From Escherichia coli (GTDB lineage: Bacteria > Pseudomonadota > Gammaproteobacteria > Enterobacterales > Enterobacteriaceae): a DNA stretch of 64,000 bases. The notes under the pieces were generated by a model that was not told the DNA's origin, ran no database searches, and saw only the letters and a program-made list of their open reading frames with translations. Numbering within the stretch: position 1 is the first letter of the stretch; each line of letters opens with the position of its first letter. The stretch is from NCBI RefSeq assembly GCF_030013205.1, contig NZ_CP122649.1; one strand, 5' to 3'. Positions 35,680-45,870 of this stretch are shown one piece after another. A program made the position numbers and the translations under genes.

Positions 35680-36510
35680 TTAGCCTCCACGGGCCTTCTG
35701 GATTGCGTATTTCAGGGTGGCCTCGTCAACAGCGCCCGGGATGAATGACGTCGTTGCAGCGTCGGGTTTTTGCATGTTCATAATAATGAACCCTGGCGTA
35801 CCGTTAATCCCGAGAGCTTCCCCCAGCTGCATGTTTCCGGAGATAACGTTCTCATAGCGGCTTTTCTCCCGATCGCCGAATGAGCTGTTGAACCCGGATT
35901 TGTTCACAACCATGTCTAAATCATTGAGTGTAAACGCACGCTGGTTGTTGAAGAATACATACGCACTGGTCATCAGATTGTTGTGATACTTACGATACGC
36001 TTCCGCACCGAATGTCTGATACACATGCAGGCCTGTCGCCGCCCCCATTGCGGAAACAGGTTTTGAGCCAGCGAAGATCGGAAATTCTTTAAAGAAGAAC
36101 TTTACATCAGTGCTTTGGCTCAACACAGATTCAACAACCGGCGCTACCTGCATACAGAAATGACACTGGTAGTCGAAAAACTCAATAACAGCGACGGCCG
36201 CATTATCAGGTCCGATATTGGGTGTCTCTTTGGTCTCGAAGAGTGCCGGTGCGTAGGGGATAATCCGCTCAAGGGAAGCGTTAGTATTTTCTTTTTCTAG
36301 CGCCTTACCTGCTTCGAGAAGATACTGGGGATTTTTTACCAGATAGGAAGCAGCTACTCGTCCTATTTCGTCGTTACCCGGTACATCGGGTTTTAGATAT
36401 TTCGACGTAATATACACAGAGCCAGCCGTCGCAATCACCGCAGAAATTAAAACAGACGCCACGGGTTTTAAATAATTTAATTTAATCATAGCCACCTTTA
36501 CGCATTTCAA
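35680..36510 (-). CDS. DsbA-like thiol:disulfide oxidoreductase (thioredoxin fold, CHFC)
   Basis: FDYQCHFCMQ active-site motif; N-terminal hydrophobic segment. Confidence 0.7.
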   Translation of the reverse strand: MKCVKVAMIKLNYLKPVASVLISAVIATAGSVYITSKYLKPDVPGNDEIGRVAASYLVKNPQYLLEAGKALEKENTNASLERIIPYAPALFETKETPNIGPDNAAVAVIEFFDYQCHFCMQVAPVVESVLSQSTDVKFFFKEFPIFAGSKPVSAMGAATGLHVYQTFGAEAYRKYHNNLMTSAYVFFNNQRAFTLNDLDMVVNKSGFNSSFGDREKSRYENVISGNMQLGEALGINGTPGFIIMNMQKPDAATTSFIPGAVDEATLKYAIQKARGG

Positions 36511-36595
36511 CTTGTTAGTTATCAGCCTGCGTTCGATTATACTGGCACGGTATATCGGAATTATTCATTAAAGAACCCTTTTTGGAGGATTTAGA

Positions 36596-37207
36596 ATGTT
36601 ACGGCAATTTTTCTTACTAACAGCCACAACGTTCTTATGTGGATGCGGTTATCATTTTGGAAATGACGTTGATGCGTACGATTTACTGCCCCGCCCGGTA
36701 GGCAGCAAGAAATTTGAAATTGTTGCTCCGGATGACAGTATTCAGTCGCGAATGTTTGCAGCCCGGTTTGCGAGCGGATTAACGGGTAAGGGGTTTAATA
36801 TTTCCAGCCATCAGCCCGAATATATTCTCAGATTCAGTTACAGCAAGACCCAGGAGAATCTGCAATACAGTGAACTACCGGTGACGGGAATAACCGGATA
36901 TGTTATCGAGAAGAAAACAACGCGAAAAGATAAGCACGGGCAAACTGAGACGGACTATGACTATAAGCCGGTCAGTGGGATCGTAGGAACAGAGACGGTA
37001 TCACAAAGACATTTCTGGCGTCGTCTTGATGTGGAAGTCTACCCTGCGGGAAAAAATGCACAGCAGGTGCTAAAAGTCAGTATGCAGAGCAATGCGCCGA
37101 TCCCATCGGACAGCGTGGCGTATTCCGCAATGATTGACGCTTTGACCGGGAATCTGGATGCCCCGCTGCGCTCCGGAAACTACGTCGCCTCGGTCCCCTG
37201 GAACTGA
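36596..37207 (+). CDS. hypothetical lipoprotein
   Basis: Signal peptide with lipobox (LTATTFLCGCG). Confidence 0.55.
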   Translation: MLRQFFLLTATTFLCGCGYHFGNDVDAYDLLPRPVGSKKFEIVAPDDSIQSRMFAARFASGLTGKGFNISSHQPEYILRFSYSKTQENLQYSELPVTGITGYVIEKKTTRKDKHGQTETDYDYKPVSGIVGTETVSQRHFWRRLDVEVYPAGKNAQQVLKVSMQSNAPIPSDSVAYSAMIDALTGNLDAPLRSGNYVASVPWN

Positions 37208-37265
37208 TGACCGGCACTGTAACGACCAACCACAAATTAACTTTTCTCACCTGCATGCCACGTCT

Positions 37266-37688
37266 TTACCGGCCTCCTCTGTTGAAATCATAGAGTCGGT
37301 ACAGATCACCGATGGTCAGCTCATCCACTTTGGTCACGAAGAGATATTCAAACTGAGCTTTCTGAATATCTGAGACTGACGCATCGTCCAGCACCGTTTG
37401 GTAAAATTTGGCATTGATACATCTTTCCGGATGCATGAACTGGTACCGCCCCTGGAGCACCACCATCAGAAAGATCAATATCAGCAGAACGAGAAGTAAC
37501 ATCTGGTTGGAAAGATCCAGTCCCAGCGACACACCAATGGTTGCCATGAAACAGAGAGTCCATCCCACCAGGGCGTAAGGAGCCTTTTGGATCTTTTGTT
37601 GGTAATAACGGAGGATCACCGGATCATTTAAATACCGCTTATCCGGCAATCCCGTTGCCCGGGTGACAATGCTGAGCCAAAGCGACAT
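37266..37688 (-). CDS. hypothetical membrane protein, 140 aa
   Basis: Track ORF with two hydrophobic segments. Confidence 0.45.
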   Translation of the reverse strand: MSLWLSIVTRATGLPDKRYLNDPVILRYYQQKIQKAPYALVGWTLCFMATIGVSLGLDLSNQMLLLVLLILIFLMVVLQGRYQFMHPERCINAKFYQTVLDDASVSDIQKAQFEYLFVTKVDELTIGDLYRLYDFNRGGR

Positions 37689-37710
37689 CTTCTAACCCCC
37701 AGCGACGCAC

Positions 37711-38103
37711 TCAGGCCAGACGTTCATAGAACGCAACAATGGGCTGGAAGATGGGTGTTTGTACCAGCTCGGGGCGAATGGCTTTCAGCTGCCTTACCGG
37801 CGCCAACTCATCCCTCGGCTTAGCGATTTCATTGCTAGGGCCTTTCTTGGTACTGTCGGTGTTCACCTTTAACCTGTCATTGCTCAGATACGACTCAAAC
37901 CGTTTCGACATCACGTCGCTGCGGGATGTCGCATCATTGAGTTTTTTTAAAACTGCGTCTTTATCTGTCTGAGCAGCAGATACCAGACTCTCACTGCTGG
38001 CCACAGTGTCGGCGTCGCAGGCCCCGAACTGGCATTTGGCAGCAAAGACGGGTTGAGAACCAACCGCCACCAGCATTAACGTTGTCAGTATTGCAGATTT
38101 CAT
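37711..38103 (-). CDS. hypothetical secreted protein
   Basis: Start at MKSAILTTLMLVAVGSQPVFA (signal peptide); the track ORF extends 14 codons upstream. Confidence 0.5.
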   Translation of the reverse strand: MKSAILTTLMLVAVGSQPVFAAKCQFGACDADTVASSESLVSAAQTDKDAVLKKLNDATSRSDVMSKRFESYLSNDRLKVNTDSTKKGPSNEIAKPRDELAPVRQLKAIRPELVQTPIFQPIVAFYERLA

Positions 38104-38128
38104 AAACACCTCTTGCAGTCGTGGAAAG

Positions 38129-38878
38129 TCACTTTTGTTCGGCACCCATGCGGGTCACCAGATTTTCCGGGCTCATCCAACCGGTGAATAGCTGAGGTTT
38201 CCCCGACAGCGTTACCATCGTTGGCGTACCCTGAAGCGGAATAGTTGAAGCTACCTGGAAATGCGATTTGATGGTATCGAGGCAGGCCTCGTCAGGCCGT
38301 CCTTCCGGAATGGTTGATGTCGGGCTCATTGCGGCATCCAGTGCATCATTAGGTTTTGCCGCACACCATATTTTTGCCATATTCCCCGCGACAACGGAGT
38401 TGAGACCTGCACGTGGAAAGGCGAGGAATTTGATTGAGATCCCGGCGTCGAGATAGGATTGAAGATCTTGATGCAATTTCTGGCAAAAGCCGCATGTAAT
38501 ATCCGTAAACACTGCCAGACGGTATTTTTCATTCGCCGACTTATATTCGATGGATTTTGTTTTAGTGGCGAACTCCCTGACACCTTTCAGAATAGCCTGC
38601 TCAGTTGTGTTCTCCACATCTTTCCCGTTCACATGAAACAAGCTCCCGGTGAAAATGTAATCGCCATCTTTGCTGACGTAGCTCACGCCCTCTCTTGAAA
38701 TGACGGTATAAATATCTTTTACCGGCGATGGTTCAATATGCTCGATAGACAAGCCCACTTCTCTTAATTTCTTCAGTGCAGCATCGGGAAGCACGTCAGT
38801 GTTCGCTGTCTGGGCATTCATACTCAAGGCCGTACAGGATGCCAGTAAAAATAATGATGCCTTGATAGTCTTATTCAT
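38129..38878 (-). CDS. dsbC: DsbC-like periplasmic disulfide isomerase (CGFC)
   Basis: Signal peptide; FTDITCGFCQKLH active-site motif. Confidence 0.75.
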   Translation of the reverse strand: MNKTIKASLFLLASCTALSMNAQTANTDVLPDAALKKLREVGLSIEHIEPSPVKDIYTVISREGVSYVSKDGDYIFTGSLFHVNGKDVENTTEQAILKGVREFATKTKSIEYKSANEKYRLAVFTDITCGFCQKLHQDLQSYLDAGISIKFLAFPRAGLNSVVAGNMAKIWCAAKPNDALDAAMSPTSTIPEGRPDEACLDTIKSHFQVASTIPLQGTPTMVTLSGKPQLFTGWMSPENLVTRMGAEQK

Positions 38879-38896
38879 TTCAGCTCCTTTAATGGA

Positions 38897-39541
38897 GTGT
38901 TAATACTATCATGCGAAAAAATCTGCCTAATTCGCTTAAGGGGAAAAATTCCCCCCTATAGCAAAAAAAATTTTGACGACGATATGGGAGAATATCCAGA
39001 ACGTAATTCCAGCGGAGATTATCTCGTGTTTATACCACCAGTAGACGATGTGAAACCTATTCCCGTTCCTGTTGAGATCTACACGCAGTGCATTACCGAT
39101 GCCTCCCGTTTTTTCGGGATTGATGCGGAGTTGGTCTTTACGCTTTTTGATAATGAGGGCGGAAAAGTCGGGACGTTCAGCCGTAATAAAAATGGCACTT
39201 ATGATATTGGGCCTATGCAGATCAATTCGTCCAACCTGCCGGAAATACGCGACCATTTTCCGTCTGTTACGTGGCGGGTGCTGGCCTATGACGCCTGTGC
39301 CAGTTTCTGGGTGGGCACCTGGTGGCTTTACCGGAAGATTGTTGACCGGAAGGGTAACGTATTTGAAGGGATTGCCGATTACAACAGCAAAACCCCTAAG
39401 GTCCGGGCGACGTATATCTTCAACTTCATGATCAAATACAATCGCCGGATTCAGCGCCGAAATGGAATGGACGAATTATATCAGTGGACGCAACCTAAGC
39501 CCCAGTACAACGGGCATATTGTAAAAAATCTTCCTGAATAA
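38897..39541 (+). CDS. lytic transglycosylase (SLT domain), transfer-associated
   Basis: NEGG...GTYDIGPMQINSSNL resembles the E-S...G-L-M-Q-I SLT motif; start codon uncertain. Confidence 0.6.
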   Translation: MLILSCEKICLIRLRGKIPPYSKKNFDDDMGEYPERNSSGDYLVFIPPVDDVKPIPVPVEIYTQCITDASRFFGIDAELVFTLFDNEGGKVGTFSRNKNGTYDIGPMQINSSNLPEIRDHFPSVTWRVLAYDACASFWVGTWWLYRKIVDRKGNVFEGIADYNSKTPKVRATYIFNFMIKYNRRIQRRNGMDELYQWTQPKPQYNGHIVKNLPE

Positions 39542-39592
39542 AATACGACCCTACTCTCCAATTTTTTATTAGTTGTTTCGTAGCCATAAACA

Positions 39593-40204
39593 ATGCGGCT
39601 CTTAGAGAATGAAAACGTCCTGAGAAAAAGGTTAACGATGCTCCAGTCAATTTATAAATTCCTGTTCAATTTATGCAGTTCACCGCAGCTGCCCAAAAAT
39701 AAAGACGTGGATGGGATATTGTCTCATGAAGAAATAACCGCTGGATTATGGGGTCCTTTGCCATCAATCCATGTTGTTCTTTTCCTGGATTTTGATGGTG
39801 TAGTCCACAAATGTCAGAATGAATCGTTCGAGAGGATGCATTTGATTGAGAGGTTACTTGACGCGAGTCCTTCAATGTTCATCGTTATATCAAGCTCATG
39901 GAGAGAGTGCGGCAGTATCACTTACCTAAAGTCACTTTTCCGCTCGCCATACAGAGACAGGGTAATTGGAGCAACCCCATCCCTGTATCTCCCCTCAGGA
40001 AGTATAGGAGTCCGTGCAGCTGAATGTGAGGACTTCGTCACCAGACACAAAGTAAAAGCCTTTATCTGCCTTGATGACGATGCGACCCTGTTTCCTCCAG
40101 AGTACCCGCACCTGTTTCGTACAGATTATTACACCGGGGTTAATGAAAAGGATCTAACGGACCTGATAGCCAGATATAATGTGCTGATGACCCGCTTTTA
40201 TTGA
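39593..40204 (+). CDS. HAD-like hydrolase family protein
   Basis: VVLFLDFDGVVH motif (DxDG); start codon uncertain. Confidence 0.5.
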   Translation: MRLLENENVLRKRLTMLQSIYKFLFNLCSSPQLPKNKDVDGILSHEEITAGLWGPLPSIHVVLFLDFDGVVHKCQNESFERMHLIERLLDASPSMFIVISSSWRECGSITYLKSLFRSPYRDRVIGATPSLYLPSGSIGVRAAECEDFVTRHKVKAFICLDDDATLFPPEYPHLFRTDYYTGVNEKDLTDLIARYNVLMTRFY

Positions 40205-40450
40205 AAAAGTAACTTTTCCACACCCTCCATACAACCAAAGCCTCTGATGCGCTATAGCCTAGGCACTAAAGCATCAGTCGATTCAGAAAAGTTACTTTTC
40301 TCTCAATTTTCATTTTGAACAGAAGAAATGCACATTTTCTTAGTGTGCCGGGTGACCTGTATTTGGTGAGGAAATTTGAATCAGGGTGATGCAAGCAAAA
40401 AAAGACCGTACTCAAAAGAGAGTACGGCCTTTATCAGCTACTACTTACTT

Positions 40451-43400
40451 TTACTTCTTATTTTCATTCAGCCAGCTTTTAGCTTTCTCAATTCTCGACT
40501 GATATGGTTCATTTGTATTATTCAGGTTTGACTTCATAAAGCTCACGAATGCATCTGCTTTATCCGGCCCAAAACGTGGATCATCGGTCAGTTGCTGACG
40601 AATCGCACGTTCTGAGTTTTGTGATGCAGTCTCATACGCCTTGATCCCATCCCCCCCCATATCCTTATACCTGCTGGTCACCTCGCTAACACCATCTGAC
40701 ATTTGCAGGTGATTTCCAACCTTGCCCAATAGCGAGCTCGGCATATTTTGTGGATTCGAAGCATCGTTTGCCAAAGATGAAGGGGTGGTCAGGATACCCA
40801 TACCTGAGAGCATGTCGTTTACAGGTTTAGCTCCGATAACGTCAAGTCCTCTGGCAACACTCTCCTGCCCCGATAAAAGCGTACTACCAATAACACCACG
40901 TTCTGTATTGGACTCAATTTTATTACCAACAAGGAGATCCGTCGTGGTTTGGGTTCGTTGCCCAACGAGCCCGCCGCCAGAACCACCTTCCCCAAGATTC
41001 GCCCTCACAACTGAGTCAAGAGAACCTGAAGCCTTGTTATGCATGTTGAAACCTTCATGGATATTCTGGAGATCGTTCATCCCCCAGCGAACGTTATAGT
41101 GACTCAGTTCGGAGAGGATATTTTGAGTATCCGCTTTCAGTTGTTCTTTCTCAGCGCCGGTTGCCATTGTACTGGCGCCATAGGTAAACACAGCTTGTGC
41201 GGCCAGTTCCGCACGTTTGTCATCCGGCTTTTTGGTAGGATCATTTGCAATCCTGCCAAAATAATTCGGGAGGTTGCCTGATATACCGCGTATCTGGTTA
41301 TCTCCGTACATATTATTCAGTTTGTCGCTGATAGTACCCATGCCCGAAGTCGCATGCTTACCGCCCGAACCAGCCTGTAACTGGTCGAAAGTTTGGTTGG
41401 CGTGCTGAACGTCCACCCCAGCCCCCTGAACTCTTCCCACAGTTTCATTCGTCACAACAGGGGTATTCTTCTCCAATGACGAGAGCACATTCTGGTTCTC
41501 TTCGCTATAGGATTTATTTACATTACCTTGATGAATGCCCTGAATATCTTCTTTGCTGATCTTGTCCACATTGTACGGAGTTACACCAGACTCAGTTTGT
41601 CCACCAACATGCTGGTTAGCATTTTGTTGGTTTTGTACCAGCCCGGCTTTTGCCTGAGCATCCATACTTTGCCCCACGTCAGCAACACGATCAGCGCTCA
41701 TTACGCTGGACGTATTTACATGTTCTGGGGTGCGATCCTGCGCCTGTGCAATCGTGTTAATACCCGAGGCATCACCAGTGATTCGGTCAAGCTGATTAGT
41801 AATCGGCAGCATCTGTTGAGCGTTACCGCCAAAGTCAGCAACCAGCCCTTTAAGCAGGCTGGAAGTTTCACGCAGATCCTGTTTATTGCTCTCAGCCGTT
41901 TCACCTCGGGCAGTATCAATCGCTATTTTTTGCTCACTAAAGTCACGTGTCGTTGCCACCAGCGCATCTGTACGTTGGAGTTGTGAACCCAACTGAGTGC
42001 TGGCCTTAAATGTGTCATTATAGGAATTGAACTTCTCCATAAAGGCATTCTCATCAAGACCATTTTTCCGTGCAAAATTACGCACATCTTCATCGCTAAA
42101 GTTTTTATTACGGATAGAATCGGAGAATCTGTCCAGGTTGATAGCCTGTCTTGAGTCGAGTGTCATGCCAGTATTGGCGCTGGCGTTCGTTGAAAGTGAC
42201 GTCGACAAGTTTTCGGCCATTGTCTGTGTGGACTGGTTCATTTTTGTTGCAGCTTCTTTGAATGCATTGGTCTGTGCAAACTGATCACTGTTTATCTGAG
42301 CAGCCGCTTTAGTCATTTGGTCAGTCAGTCCTGAGTTTTCAGTCAATTGAGTCGTAATAGCTTTACTCAAATCAGTTAAGAGACTTTCATTCCCAGAATT
42401 ACTTTTCGTGATCCCTGATCCAACTTGCCCCCCCGCTTTTATTCCTAGGCTATCCATTACTTTCTGAGCGAGACCTCCTCCTCCTCCTTTTCCAAGTTTT
42501 TCTTCACCACCAAGTCCCAAACTGCCATTGAGCAGAAGATTTGACACCACGCCAGCTAATTGCTGCGAATTAATTCCATGCTTCGCCCCTACGCTATTCG
42601 CGATGTTTGCACCGGCCTGGTCAGTAAATGATTTCAAGCTTTGCAGGTTGGAGGTAAATTGCTGGCCTGATTGCCCCGTTCGGCCAACTTCACTCATCTG
42701 GTTGAAGGCCTGCTGGAATGTGTTACTTGCTGCGCTCATGGCTGAAGAGGTAAATGCTGCCCCTTGCCCCTGGCTTGACGCGATACTTGAACCGGCATTC
42801 CACGTACCGAGTCGGAAATTACTGGAGTCCATGGCCCCGCCACCACTGAATCCTTGGCCGGTGCTTGTCAGCGCGGTACGATTCACATCCCCAAACGATG
42901 ATTTTCCGCTGTTTGGCGCATCCCACACTTTCGGCGTGAGGTGGCTGGAGTCCACTGGCGCTGGTGGTGTGACTCCTTTCATCGCGTTCATCATTGGATG
43001 AATGGATTGCGTCATCAGGAACAGCGTCAATACAGGGATAAGAGCATAGAGTGCTGATGCTACTGATAAATAAGAGCTGTATGTTTCGGCAAGCCCTGGC
43101 AAACCCATCCATGTCACCGCGTTACTCTGACTATTCAATGTGCTCCATGTATCAAGATCTGCGGTCGCCACTTTCTTCACGTAGGCATTCACCATAACCG
43201 CAGTAATAGGCCACATATTTACGAAAAGAATAAGCTGGAGATATTTTGCAGCAGCGGCCACACCATTTCCCCCGAGAGCCAAAAGCATGAGCAATGCAAA
43301 TGGGGCAACCATGTACGCAAACATCTCAAGAAACGCGATGGCTGCACCGGACAATTGCAGCCAGAGCTGCCCCTGAGATGCCATGGTATTCGTACGCTTT

Positions 43401-44440
43401 AATGATGCCTCAAACAACTGCATATCCGAGGCCAGCCCGAGTGGGGTTTTGTACTTGCTGGCACCATTACGGAGTTCATTCATGATGAACAAACTAAGCG
43501 TCGCGTCATAAGCACCAATAGCTTTGCCGTACATGCCATTCGCCGACGCCATTACATCCGTGAAGCTCGCTCCTGATGCTGCACCTCCCGCCTCATCTGG
43601 AGCAAGGATACCGTTTGTTTGCCCAATCAATGCAATCGTCTGCCGAGCCTCTGGGGTGCTCGTTACCTGTTTAACGGTCGACCAGACCTCTTCACAAGTA
43701 GCAGACTTTGAGCTATTCACACCGACAATGTTGGCAGAGGCGTTCTTCAGCGAACCTTTCATCGCCTGATTAATGCGTTCCATGCTATCCACGATATTTG
43801 CAGAGAAAATATCGTTAAAAATGGTTTCTTTCCCAGCAATTTTTGCGCTTGAGTTTTGGGTTCCCTTGAGACAGTTATAGGCCAGTGATTGTACTGTCGC
43901 GCACACATTCATCGCACCTAACCCGCTGGCTGGTTCGGGAAACGCAGAACAATAGCCCTGGCTGTCACCACCCCATTGTAAGAATTTAACGAAACGAATC
44001 ATCGGACCAAGAGTAATGTCATCATCAAGCGTCGTTGCGGCAAAGTCGATCGGCGCCAGTGGATCAAATGCCGTTTTGTAGTCTTTGAGTAAGCCCTGGC
44101 TAAGGTTCGTGGTGACAGTTCCCATCGCCGCAATAAAAATAGGAATGCCATCGACATTTCTCACTTCACCAGACTTAACTGATTCAATCGTCACATCCAC
44201 ACGAACAATTGCCATCGAAAATAGAATCAGCCCAAGAATCCATGAAAATATCGGCACTTCTGCTTTTGTCGGGTTCAACAGCCAAAGCCACGTTTTATAA
44301 AACAGGCTGGCTCCAGCCAGTACCGCTGCCGTCGTTAGAAATGCTTTTACACCGGTGTATTGTGAGAAAATCAGGGCAATCCCGTTCAGGGCGGACCACA
44401 CAAATTCAATATCGCCAACTGTATAGATGTTGTAATCCAT
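40451..44440 (-). CDS. trhG: F-type TraG-family mating-pair stabilisation protein (TrhG-like), 1329 aa
   Basis: Multi-TM TraG_N-like N-terminal half, long Q/N/S/G-rich C-terminal half; last gene of the trhF-trhH-trhG operon. Confidence 0.8.
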   Translation of the reverse strand: MDYNIYTVGDIEFVWSALNGIALIFSQYTGVKAFLTTAAVLAGASLFYKTWLWLLNPTKAEVPIFSWILGLILFSMAIVRVDVTIESVKSGEVRNVDGIPIFIAAMGTVTTNLSQGLLKDYKTAFDPLAPIDFAATTLDDDITLGPMIRFVKFLQWGGDSQGYCSAFPEPASGLGAMNVCATVQSLAYNCLKGTQNSSAKIAGKETIFNDIFSANIVDSMERINQAMKGSLKNASANIVGVNSSKSATCEEVWSTVKQVTSTPEARQTIALIGQTNGILAPDEAGGAASGASFTDVMASANGMYGKAIGAYDATLSLFIMNELRNGASKYKTPLGLASDMQLFEASLKRTNTMASQGQLWLQLSGAAIAFLEMFAYMVAPFALLMLLALGGNGVAAAAKYLQLILFVNMWPITAVMVNAYVKKVATADLDTWSTLNSQSNAVTWMGLPGLAETYSSYLSVASALYALIPVLTLFLMTQSIHPMMNAMKGVTPPAPVDSSHLTPKVWDAPNSGKSSFGDVNRTALTSTGQGFSGGGAMDSSNFRLGTWNAGSSIASSQGQGAAFTSSAMSAASNTFQQAFNQMSEVGRTGQSGQQFTSNLQSLKSFTDQAGANIANSVGAKHGINSQQLAGVVSNLLLNGSLGLGGEEKLGKGGGGGLAQKVMDSLGIKAGGQVGSGITKSNSGNESLLTDLSKAITTQLTENSGLTDQMTKAAAQINSDQFAQTNAFKEAATKMNQSTQTMAENLSTSLSTNASANTGMTLDSRQAINLDRFSDSIRNKNFSDEDVRNFARKNGLDENAFMEKFNSYNDTFKASTQLGSQLQRTDALVATTRDFSEQKIAIDTARGETAESNKQDLRETSSLLKGLVADFGGNAQQMLPITNQLDRITGDASGINTIAQAQDRTPEHVNTSSVMSADRVADVGQSMDAQAKAGLVQNQQNANQHVGGQTESGVTPYNVDKISKEDIQGIHQGNVNKSYSEENQNVLSSLEKNTPVVTNETVGRVQGAGVDVQHANQTFDQLQAGSGGKHATSGMGTISDKLNNMYGDNQIRGISGNLPNYFGRIANDPTKKPDDKRAELAAQAVFTYGASTMATGAEKEQLKADTQNILSELSHYNVRWGMNDLQNIHEGFNMHNKASGSLDSVVRANLGEGGSGGGLVGQRTQTTTDLLVGNKIESNTERGVIGSTLLSGQESVARGLDVIGAKPVNDMLSGMGILTTPSSLANDASNPQNMPSSLLGKVGNHLQMSDGVSEVTSRYKDMGGDGIKAYETASQNSERAIRQQLTDDPRFGPDKADAFVSFMKSNLNNTNEPYQSRIEKAKSWLNENKK

Positions 44441-44448
44441 ATCAGACC

Positions 44449-45870
44449 TCAGTTACCTGTGCCACGAAGACTTTCCATGAACGCTTTTCTCTTTAATCGG
44501 CGATCATCCCATGCAGAAATGACGTCAGAGCTGTTGCCCACCTGGCTACGGGTTAGCTCATAGGCAGCTTTTACCTGATTGGTCAGGTTTTCAGATAACC
44601 TAGTCAGGTCCTGCCGCCGCCCGGAAAGAGATTCGCTGGGTATATTCATAGCGCTGATCTTTGCTTCAACTTGCCGAAGCATGTTAATAACAAGGCTGGT
44701 GGCCGCTATCGCACTGATATCCTGGATATAGGCGTAGCCTTCAGGGACATCAAACGTCTGAAGTGAATCAAGAATAGTTGGGATGCCAATATAAGAAATA
44801 ATGCGTAATTCATCATCAGAGATCCTGACATCACTAATTGCCTTTGTCTGAACCTGAATAAGGAGGTCCGAGATTGTATCCTTCAAACCTTTGAAACCAC
44901 CATCCGTCACTTCAGACATAACCAGGCATTGCGACTTTCTAGCTGAAGCTGGATCGGGGGCAGGCGAACATTTGAGCATTTTTATGGAACCACCAGCCGG
45001 TGGGCCCATGATGAAATCCGATACCGTCATCGTCGACGGGCGAACTTCCATCCCCGCTTTTTCACCTTTAGCGTCCCAGTTGATAATTACAGTACCGACA
45101 AGCGACATCAGCTGCTCAGCAAGTCTGTAGCCAGATAGCTCAGTCACGCCACCGATATTCATTGACCCTTTATCGATGTCCATAAATGACATATAGAAAA
45201 GGTTTCCACTGAATTTTTCAGCAAACTCTTCAGGGTCTTTTGCTTTTACCTGGGAAGTCACGGTTTCCGGCGACTTTGTCATTGATGAACCAAAATCAGG
45301 CAACAGTCCATTAAGAGTGCCAAGCATTGAAGCAGGGCCGGAACTGACAGCATTCGCAAACTGGCTAGGTGGACCAACATTTTCAGTAAGAAACGAATAA
45401 GTAGCGTTGCATGAATCTTTGGCAAATTTATTCAGCGCCTGCAATTTATTCTGGATATCGTTAATAGTCGCAGCACAGTCAGCACAGATTGCCGATACCG
45501 CGACATTGAATGCATAAATTGCAGCCCCCTGTGCAATACCGCGAGCAACCTGAACCAGCTGATCTCCGTTAATCATACTGAAGGAACCAAGGAAAACATC
45601 GATTCCGTTGCAGCCTACGGAAGCTTTGGGAAAAGACATTGACACTAAATTGGTATTCACGTTTGTCGTGCGGTAGGAAAATGAGCCGCCAACCACTCCG
45701 GTACGGGTGGCCGTTTCAAAACTAGCTGGGCTCGTAGTCGTCATCATGCCATTGAAAATATTACGCATGGCGTTATCGGCAACGGCATTTGGCGCAATCA
45801 TCGCCGTGCAAACGGCTAACGATAAAAGTAACTTTTTTGCACAAACATGGAAATCAGCGCGCATATGCAC
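44449..45870 (-). CDS. trhH: F-type TraH-family pilus assembly protein (TrhH-like)
   Basis: Signal peptide; motifs GGSFSYRT and VGCNGIDVFLGSFSMINGDQLVQ typical of TraH. Confidence 0.8.
   Translation of the reverse strand: MHMRADFHVCAKKLLLSLAVCTAMIAPNAVADNAMRNIFNGMMTTTSPASFETATRTGVVGGSFSYRTTNVNTNLVSMSFPKASVGCNGIDVFLGSFSMINGDQLVQVARGIAQGAAIYAFNVAVSAICADCAATINDIQNKLQALNKFAKDSCNATYSFLTENVGPPSQFANAVSSGPASMLGTLNGLLPDFGSSMTKSPETVTSQVKAKDPEEFAEKFSGNLFYMSFMDIDKGSMNIGGVTELSGYRLAEQLMSLVGTVIINWDAKGEKAGMEVRPSTMTVSDFIMGPPAGGSIKMLKCSPAPDPASARKSQCLVMSEVTDGGFKGLKDTISDLLIQVQTKAISDVRISDDELRIISYIGIPTILDSLQTFDVPEGYAYIQDISAIAATSLVINMLRQVEAKISAMNIPSESLSGRRQDLTRLSENLTNQVKAAYELTRSQVGNSSDVISAWDDRRLKRKAFMESLRGTGN

Noticed and set aside
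40451-44440. 1329-aa protein as a toxin, adhesin or RHS-type effector
   Set aside because: The multi-TM N-terminal half and operon position after TraF- and TraH-like genes identify it as a TraG-family protein.
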